From Eubacteriales bacterium (GTDB lineage Bacteria > Bacillota > Clostridia > Oscillospirales > CAG-272), in assembly GCA_045535705.1 (NCBI GenBank), contig JAZSMC010000107.1:1-34185 (forward strand): 34,185 nucleotides of DNA, read 5' to 3'. Shown piece by piece: positions 7,286-12,724 of the stretch (the stretch's first letter is position 1; each line of letters begins with the position of its first letter). The notes beneath the pieces are model-generated. The model saw only the letters and a program-made list of their open reading frames with translations, was not told where the DNA came from and searched no databases. The position numbers were made by a program, and so were the translations under genes.

Positions 7286-7455
7286 TTTCTTTTCTCCTTT
7301 TCTTTACTCTTGATATATTCTTCTGCCGCTTTGTTAAACAAATCTGCCATGCTTACATTATCATCAATCAACAATTTCCGTAGTTGATTGTGAAGCACAG
7401 TAGGCATACGAAATTGCACTTGTTTTGTTCTATCGCTTTTAGTCGCTTGTTTCAC
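7282..7455 (-). CDS. Ribbon-helix-helix protein, 57 aa (omega/CopG-like); putative controller of the RM operon. Not in the ORF track.
   Basis: GTG start at 7455, 7 nt after GGAGGCGG. Translation: VKQATKSDRTKQVQFRMPTVLHNQLRKLLIDDNVSMADLFNKAAEEYIKSKEKEKRK, which shows a beta-strand then two helices. Its TGA stop overlaps the methyltransferase ATG (ATGA at 7282-7285). Confidence 0.7.
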   Translation of the reverse strand: MKQATKSDRTKQVQFRMPTVLHNQLRKLLIDDNVSMADLFNKAAEEYIKSKEKEKRK

Positions 7456-7474
7456 AATGCCGCCTCCTTTATTT

Positions 7475-7517
7475 GTGATATCATTCTATCAGAATTTCTT
7501 GATACTATGATATCATA
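7475..7517 (-). promoter_or_regulatory. Two TGATATCA palindromic operator-like sites, 32 bp centre to centre
   Basis: GTGATATCAT (7475-7484) lies between the promoter and the RBS. TATGATATCATA (7506-7517) overlaps the -10 box. Confidence 0.5.
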
Positions 7518-7535
7518 TAAGGAATATTTTGTCAA
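7507..7535 (-). promoter_or_regulatory. Sigma-A type promoter of the RHH-R/M-S operon
   Basis: Minus strand: TTGACA (7535-7530), 17-nt spacer, TATCAT (7512-7507). Confidence 0.55.
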
Positions 7536-7542
7536 GACTTTT

Positions 7543-7575
7543 CAACAAAAAAGTGCATAGGGGTTTCCTATGCAC
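7543..7575 (-). terminator. Intrinsic terminator insulating the RM promoter from upstream tRNA transcription
   Basis: The minus strand folds as GTGCATAGG-loop-CCTATGCAC, followed by TTTTTTGTTG. Confidence 0.6.
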
Positions 7576-7595
7576 AAGGGGGTAGTATTCAATTT

Positions 7596-7630
7596 CGAGG
7601 AGTTCAAATCCCGTAAGTGTTCAATATCTT
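7596..7630 (-). repeat. Island repeat copy 4 (inverted orientation)
   Basis: Reverse complement reads AAGATATTGAACACTTACGGGATTTGAACTCCTCG. It contains the exact 18-mer partner (7601-7618) of 4443-4460. Confidence 0.7.
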
Positions 7631-7660
7631 TTTCTCGTGACTATGCGAGAAAAGGGCTTA

Positions 7661-7692
7661 AAAACAAAAAGCCTTGAAAAATCAAGGCTTTT
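7661..7692 (-). terminator. Intrinsic terminator of the tRNA-Leu/tRNA-fMet unit
   Basis: Minus strand: AAAAGCCTTGA-TTTT-TCAAGGCTTTT, followed by TGTTTTT. Confidence 0.65.
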
Positions 7693-7699
7693 CGTGGCT

Positions 7700-7718
7700 A
7701 TATCTTTTTTATAGCCCT
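7700..7718 (-). repeat. 19-nt inverted repeat, right copy
   Basis: ATATCTTTTTTATAGCCCT is the exact reverse complement of 4412-4430. It lies 4 nt downstream of the tRNA-fMet 3' end. Confidence 0.85.
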
Positions 7719-7722
7719 TGTT

Positions 7723-7800
<78 letters not shown>

Positions 7801-7821
7801 ATATTCAATTTCATCCCTCGA

Positions 7822-7910
7822 TGGTGCCGGTAACCGGGATCGAACCGGTACGATACTTTCGTATCACGGGATTTTAAGTCCCGGGCGTCTGCCAGTTCCG
7901 CCACACCGGC
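7822..7910 (-). tRNA. tRNA-Leu(UAA), class II with long variable arm, CCA encoded
   Basis: Reverse complement: GCCGGTGTGGCGGAACTGGCAGACGCCCGGGACTTAAAATCCCGTGATACGAAAGTATCGTACCGGTTCGATCCCGGTTACCGGCACCA. Confidence 0.9.
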
Positions 7911-7958
7911 AAGTACTGTCCACCGGGGAACTTGCGTTCATTGCTGTTCGCATTGTGT

Positions 7959-7987
7959 ATTATACCACATCTTCCCCTGTTTGTCAA
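7959..7987 (-). promoter_or_regulatory. Sigma-A type promoter of the tRNA-Leu/tRNA-fMet unit
   Basis: Minus strand: TTGACA (7987-7982), 17-nt spacer, TATAAT (7964-7959). It shares TTGACAAACAGG with the tRNA-Ser promoter at 60-88. Confidence 0.55.
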
Positions 7988-8031
7988 CCCCTTTTGGAAA
8001 AAACTTTTGTTTTTCTTTCGCTTTTTTCAAA

Positions 8032-8067
8032 GAAACGGGAACGCCCTATGAAAAGCGTTCCCGTTTC
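8032..8067 (-). terminator. Probable terminator of ackA
   Basis: GAAACGGGAACGC-loop-GCGTTCCCGTTTC, followed on the minus strand by TTTGAAAAAA (a weak U-run). Confidence 0.5.
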
Positions 8068-8088
8068 GGTTGAATTTTATGCAAAAGA

Positions 8089-9291
8089 TTATCGGTCAGC
8101 AACCAACTCTGCGGTATCCTTTGCGATCATCAGCTCCTCGTTGGTGGGGATGACCAGCATCTTCACCTTGGCGCCGGGAGCGGAAATGTCGTACTCGTCG
8201 GACGTGCGGACTGCCTTCTGGTTCAGCTCCTCGTCGATCTCCACGCCCATGAACGCCAGATTTTTCGCCACGCGGGAACGGTAGTGGGGATTGTTCTCAC
8301 CGATTCCGCCTGCGAACACGATGGCGTCAACGCCGCCCATTGCTGCCGCGTAACCGCCCACGTACTTGGTGAGCTGATGCACCAGCATGGATTCCACCAG
8401 CTGGTAGCGTTTGTTGCCGTTGCGCGCGCCTTCCTCGATGACGCGGTTGTCGCTGGTGACCTGGGAAACGCCCAGAATACCGGACTTCTTATTCATGATA
8501 TGGTCGATCTGATCGGGAGTGAGGTTCTCCTTCTTCATCAGCAGGGGAACGATGGCGGGGTCGATGGAACCGCAACGGGTACCCATGATGATGCCTTCCA
8601 GGGGAGTGAGTCCCATGGTGGTGTCGTAGCACTTGCCGTTCTTCACTGCGGCAATGGAAGAACCGTTGCCCAAGTGGCAGGTCACCACGTTGATATCCTC
8701 TCTGCCCATCATAGCGGCAGCTCTCATGCTGACGTAACGGTGGCTGGTTCCGTGGAAGCCGTAACGGCGGATGCCGTACTTTTCATAATACTCGTAGGGA
8801 AGCGCGTAGAGGTATGCGTAATCGGGCATGGTCTGATGGAAGCCCGTGTCGAATACGGCTACCTGAGGCACGCCGGGCATCATCTTTTCGCAAGCGCGGA
8901 TGCCGGTCAGATTGTGGGGGTTGTGAAGCGGGCCAAGCTCGCAGCATTCCTCGATGGCGGCGATCACCTTCTCATCGATGATCACGGAGCCGGAGAATTT
9001 CTCACCGCCGTGAAGCACGCGGTGTCCAACAGCGGAGATCTCGGAAAGGGACGCGATCACGCCGTTTTCCTTGGACGTCAAGGTGTCCAGAACGATCTTG
9101 ATCGCCTCTGCGTGGTTGTTCATGTGGATGTCGATCTTGTAGTCCTCACGACCTTCCACCTTGTGCTTGAAGTTACCGCCCGCGATACCGATGCGGTCAG
9201 CCATACCTTTTGCCAGCAGAGCCTCGTTTTCCATGTCGATCAGCTGATACTTGATGGATGAGCTGCCGGCGTTGATAACCAAAATTTTCAT
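8089..9291 (-). CDS. ackA: Acetate kinase
   Basis: 400 aa from the ATG at 9291 (MKILVINAGSSSIKYQL), 9 nt after GGAGGAA; the track ORF starts 48 nt further upstream. Acetate/propionate kinase signatures occur throughout. Confidence 0.95.
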   Translation of the reverse strand: MKILVINAGSSSIKYQLIDMENEALLAKGMADRIGIAGGNFKHKVEGREDYKIDIHMNNHAEAIKIVLDTLTSKENGVIASLSEISAVGHRVLHGGEKFSGSVIIDEKVIAAIEECCELGPLHNPHNLTGIRACEKMMPGVPQVAVFDTGFHQTMPDYAYLYALPYEYYEKYGIRRYGFHGTSHRYVSMRAAAMMGREDINVVTCHLGNGSSIAAVKNGKCYDTTMGLTPLEGIIMGTRCGSIDPAIVPLLMKKENLTPDQIDHIMNKKSGILGVSQVTSDNRVIEEGARNGNKRYQLVESMLVHQLTKYVGGYAAAMGGVDAIVFAGGIGENNPHYRSRVAKNLAFMGVEIDEELNQKAVRTSDEYDISAPGAKVKMLVIPTNEELMIAKDTAELVADR

Positions 9292-9347
9292 TGCAGAATT
9301 TCCTCCTAAAAGTTCGTTTGCCCCAACGGACAAACCCATACCTTTAT

Positions 9348-9376
9348 ATTATATATGATATTTCATCCGATTGCAA
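9348..9376 (-). promoter_or_regulatory. Sigma-A type promoter of ackA
   Basis: Minus strand: TTGCAA (9376-9371), 17-nt spacer, TATAAT (9353-9348). Confidence 0.5.
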
Positions 9377-9415
9377 GAGCAAAAGGCAAATTTTTTTGAT
9401 TTTCTTGAATTTTTA

Positions 9416-10288
9416 TCAATTTTTGGAAGATATAAGATCCCCCAGAAGGTCAGACAGACGGGTGAACTGCTCAACGTCCAATCGTTCTCCCCGAACGTTG
9501 GGATCCGCGCTCACCGCCTCAATCGCCTCTCGGATCTGCTCGCGGGACAGTTCGGGAAAGCCCGCGCTCAATGCGTTTGCCAAGGTTTTTCTCCGTTGAC
9601 CGAACGCCGCCTTGATGGTACGGAACAGCATTTCCTCGCTTTGGGGCTTGCATGGCTTGTCCTTCCAGAGCGTGATGTGGATCACTGCGGAGTCTACCTT
9701 GGGGGCAGGGACAAATCGATCCGCAGGGACGCGGAGCAGCTTTTCCGCGTAGCCGTAGTAATTCACCACTGCCGTGATGGCGCCGTAAGCCTTACTGCCT
9801 GCTTTGGCGCAGAGTCGGTCCGCCACTTCTTCCTGCACCATGACCGTGATGCTCTCAAAGGGCAGACGGCTCTCCAGGAGCTTCATCAGAATGGGGGAAG
9901 TAATATAATAGGGGAGATTGGCGCAGACGGTGACGGGGTGCGACGCAAAATCGGATGCCAACAGCTCCTTCAGATCGGCTTGCATCACGTCCTCGTTGTA
10001 AACGGTAATGTTGTCATAGCCGTCCAAGGTGTATTTGAGAACGGGGATCAGGCTCTTGTCGATCTCCAGCGCTTTCACGGTTTGGTAGCGTTGGCAGAGC
10101 GCCTGCGTCAGCACGCCGATGCCGGGACCGATCTCCAGAACGGTGCAGTCCGCGGCTTGGGAGCAGGCGTCGGCAATGTCTTCGATCACCATGGGATCGG
10201 TGAGGAAATTCTGGCCGAACTCCTTCCGAAAGCCCAACCCGAACATCGCCATGATCTGCCGAATGGTTTTGGGATCCCATAAATTCAT
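9416..10288 (-). CDS. rsmA: 16S rRNA (adenine1518/1519-N6)-dimethyltransferase
   Basis: 290 aa. N-terminal FGQNFL motif and SAM-binding VLEIGPGIGVLT, typical of KsgA/RsmA. Confidence 0.93.
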   Translation of the reverse strand: MNLWDPKTIRQIMAMFGLGFRKEFGQNFLTDPMVIEDIADACSQAADCTVLEIGPGIGVLTQALCQRYQTVKALEIDKSLIPVLKYTLDGYDNITVYNEDVMQADLKELLASDFASHPVTVCANLPYYITSPILMKLLESRLPFESITVMVQEEVADRLCAKAGSKAYGAITAVVNYYGYAEKLLRVPADRFVPAPKVDSAVIHITLWKDKPCKPQSEEMLFRTIKAAFGQRRKTLANALSAGFPELSREQIREAIEAVSADPNVRGERLDVEQFTRLSDLLGDLISSKN

Positions 10289-10401
10289 ATTTCGGATTCC
10301 TTTCAGTGTGGTTTTATGCCCTTATTTTACCACATTTGGCGCATAAAATCAAGCGTGCAGACATTTTTTTCTGAAAAATCGGGAGATTTTTGAAAAAGTC
10401 A

Positions 10402-10430
10402 TTGACAAATCGTTTTTTTTAGGATATAAT
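10402..10430 (+). promoter_or_regulatory. Sigma-A type promoter of tRNA-Thr
   Basis: TTGACA (10402-10407), 17-nt spacer, TATAAT (10425-10430). Confidence 0.6.
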
Positions 10431-10449
10431 ATTGGTTGTGTTGAATATT

Positions 10450-10525
10450 GCTGGTGTAGCACAGTCGGTAGTGCAGCTGATTCGTAATCAGCAGGTCGTG
10501 TGTTCGAGTCACATCACCAGCTCCA
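10450..10525 (+). tRNA. tRNA-Thr(CGU), CCA encoded
   Basis: GCTGGTGTAGCACAGTCGGTAGTGCAGCTGATTCGTAATCAGCAGGTCGTGTGTTCGAGTCACATCACCAGCTCCA. Canonical cloverleaf with anticodon loop TT-CGT-AA. Confidence 0.92.
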
Positions 10526-10526
10526 T

Positions 10527-10560
10527 GCCCAACTTCCGCAGGAAGTTGGGCAGTTTTATT
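10527..10560 (+). terminator. Intrinsic terminator after tRNA-Thr
   Basis: GCCCAACTTCC-GCA-GGAAGTTGGGC followed by AGTTTTATT. Confidence 0.7.
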
Positions 10561-10723
10561 CGCCTTCGGCGAGATCTATGCGCTTCGCGCGTTGAGAGTA
10601 ACAAGGCGAATAAAATACCACGAAAGCCGTAGGCTTTCGTAACACGATTGCATATCGCGTCAGCGAAGGCGATCATATCACTCCGACGAAGTCGGAATAT
10701 CACCCAAACAGTTTCAATCTGTT
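10556..10723. repeat. Tandem mini-hairpin array A, homologous in organisation to array B at 4051-4202
   Basis: Hairpins: TCGCC-TTC-GGCGA (10560-10572), GCGC-TTC-GCGC (10580-10590), ACGAAAGCC-GTA-GGCTTTCGT (10620-10640), ATCGC...GCGAT (10654-10673), TCCGAC-GAA-GTCGGA (10682-10696), AACAG-TTTCAAT-CTGTT (10707-10723). Linkers: GATCTAT, GATCATATCAC, AATATCACC, GATTAGATACC. Confidence 0.55.
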
Positions 10724-10773
10724 GATTAGATACCTAGCGGATGTAAATATAACGTGCTCCATAAAATTAAATA

Positions 10774-10811
10774 GGGCGGCTCAATTTTCGTTGAACCGTC
10801 CTTTTTTGTGT
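10774..10811. terminator. Bidirectional terminator between the tRNA-Thr region and spoVAE
   Basis: GGGCGGCTCAA-TTTTCG-TTGAACCGTCC (imperfect stem), followed by TTTTTTGTGTTT on the + strand and a T-rich tract on the minus strand. Confidence 0.55.
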
Positions 10812-10812
10812 T

Positions 10813-11184
10813 TCACCCCTTCGGCTTTCCGCGGAAGATCAAGCAGGCGAGATACCCGAAGACCAGCGCTGCGGAAATGCCGCCTGCCGTGGCTTTCAGA
10901 GCGCCCGTCAGGGCGCCCAAAAGCCCTTGGGAATCCACCGCTTCCCGAATCCCCTTGGAGATGGCGTAGCCGAAGCCCGTCAAGGGAGTGGTTGCTCCCG
11001 CACCCGCAAAATCCACCAAAGGCTTGTAGACGCCGATAGCGCCCAAAATAACACCCGCCACCACGTAAAATACCAGAATGCGCGCGGGTGTCAGCTTGGT
11101 TTTGTCAATTAAAATTTGGGCAATGACACAGAACGCGCCGCCAACTAAAAAGGCGCGGAGATAGGGAAGAATTGCTTCAAGCAT
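10813..11184 (-). CDS. spoVAE: Stage V sporulation protein AE (SpoVAC/SpoVAEB family membrane protein)
   Basis: 123 aa from the ATG at 11184 (MLEAILPYLRAFLVGGAFCVIAQ...VDFAGAGATTPLTGFG...GKPKG). It overlaps the spoVAD stop by 8 nt. Confidence 0.88.
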   Translation of the reverse strand: MLEAILPYLRAFLVGGAFCVIAQILIDKTKLTPARILVFYVVAGVILGAIGVYKPLVDFAGAGATTPLTGFGYAISKGIREAVDSQGLLGALTGALKATAGGISAALVFGYLACLIFRGKPKG

Positions 11185-12211
11185 GATCTGTTTCCTCGGT
11201 TTCGTCAGATTTTGGGGCTTGCAGCTCCAGGAGATGCGCCACGGCAAGGATATTTCCCCCTTGCTTGATGCTGTCGGGGCTCATCATGGCTCCCGTGGCG
11301 AGAAACAGGATCCGTTTCCACGCGCCCTGTTGCAGTTTTGGAAGAATATAGGCTCCCAGTACCGTGGCGGAGCAACCACACCCCGAACCGCCTCCGTGAA
11401 CGTCCTGGGCTTCGCGGTCATAGATGATCTTTCCGCAATCGTCGTACTGCTCGCTGATCTTAATGCCTTCCGTGCGGAGCAGTTCGCAGAGGATGTCCCC
11501 ACCCTCAAATCCAAGATCTCCCGTGATGATGCGGTCATAGTCCGAGGGGGCGGTTTGAGTCGCCTCAAAATACCTCTTGAGGGTGTCAGCCGCCGCGGGT
11601 GCCATGGCGGCGCCCATATTGTTGGCGTCGTTTACTCCATAATCGCGAGCCTTTCCCGGCATTCCGCCAACGATCCGAACGCAATCGGGGTAGTCCGAGG
11701 CAAGTCCCACCAGAAACGCGCCTGCTCCCGTCACCGTCCATTGGGCCGTGGGAGGGCGTTGAGAGCCGTATTCCAAGGGGGATCGGTATTGCCGTTCTGC
11801 GGCGCAAAAATGAGAGGAGGTCACGGCGGCGCAGAGGTCAAAAGCCCCCAAGGTGACCGTCATGGACGCCAGCAAAAGCCCCTCGGCGCAGGTGGAGCAG
11901 GCACCGTACAGCCCGAAGTAGGGAACGTCGTAGCTCTCCAATCCGTAGGCAGAACCAACGCACTGATTTTGCAGATCCCCAGCGAATAATGCCCCTACGT
12001 CGGCATCTTTTTTTTCGATTCGTGACAGCGCAAGCCCAAAAGCCTGGCGTTGCATTTCCCCCTCTGCGGTTTCCCACGTCTTCTGACCGAATTTGCAATC
12101 GGGATCGTGAAGATCGAAAAGATCTCCCAAAGGTCCCTCTTTTTCTTTTTTTCCAACTACGGTAGCAGAGGACGCGATGCAAGCACGCAGACGAATATCC
12201 TTTTGAACCAT
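11177..12211 (-). CDS. spoVAD: Stage V sporulation protein AD (thiolase-fold)
   Basis: 344 aa from the ATG at 12211 (MVQKDIRL...), after a GGGGGA RBS. It has the SpoVAD-type N-terminus (...GPLGDLFD...TWETAEGEM...) and GGSGCGCSA near the C-terminus. Confidence 0.88.
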   Translation of the reverse strand: MVQKDIRLRACIASSATVVGKKEKEGPLGDLFDLHDPDCKFGQKTWETAEGEMQRQAFGLALSRIEKKDADVGALFAGDLQNQCVGSAYGLESYDVPYFGLYGACSTCAEGLLLASMTVTLGAFDLCAAVTSSHFCAAERQYRSPLEYGSQRPPTAQWTVTGAGAFLVGLASDYPDCVRIVGGMPGKARDYGVNDANNMGAAMAPAAADTLKRYFEATQTAPSDYDRIITGDLGFEGGDILCELLRTEGIKISEQYDDCGKIIYDREAQDVHGGGSGCGCSATVLGAYILPKLQQGAWKRILFLATGAMMSPDSIKQGGNILAVAHLLELQAPKSDETEETDHA

Positions 12212-12584
12212 ATTTCCCCCAAAAATCGAAAACTTTTTCTTATTGTGCGCTTTTTTGCTTGCATTATTCAAACAATTGTGTTACAATGTTATCAAACCGC
12301 ATCTTAAAGGAGAACGTTTTGTGATATGCGGAGACGGATCACCCTGAAGCCGCGTTTGTCTTACCGTTCGCTGTCCGAATTTTCCCTATCCGGGCTTTCG
12401 GAAAAACGTTTGGGGAACGTATATTTGCGTGGAGCCGTGGTGCATTGCCTGCAAATTCGAGAGAGCGCACCCAGCTTTACGACAAAAGGACTTGATGCGT
12501 GCAGAACCGTGGCAGACCGACGTTCGCGAATACAGCGTCCGGATCGACTGATTGAAAAAATTTTTAAAAAACCGAGATTTGTCA

Positions 12585-12613
12585 TTGACAAGGTTTTCTT
12601 TGTATGCTATAAT
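12585..12613 (+). promoter_or_regulatory. Sigma-A type promoter of the SH3b lipoprotein gene
   Basis: TTGACA (12585-12590), 17-nt spacer, TATAAT (12608-12613). Confidence 0.6.
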
Positions 12614-12724
12614 ATATTTATAATCCGAAATTATGCCTATTTTCGGAGCCTTTTGGCTTCTGTACATAGAAATTGAGCGGAAGATTGTAAAGTATTTGAA
12701 AGCAAAGGAAAGGAAAAAAAGAAC

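Noticed and set aside
8284-9261. 325-aa plus-strand ORF
   Set aside because: It is antisense to acetate kinase, which has unmistakable family motifs. This is a shadow ORF.
9371-10282. 303-aa plus-strand ORF
   Set aside because: It is antisense to rsmA, which carries clear KsgA motifs.
12326-12676. 116-aa Arg-rich ORF with an AAAGGAGAA 13 nt upstream
   Set aside because: The RBS spacing is long, the composition is implausible, and the frame reads straight through the TTGACA-17-TATAAT promoter of the next gene. It is kept only as part of the unassigned-spacer note.
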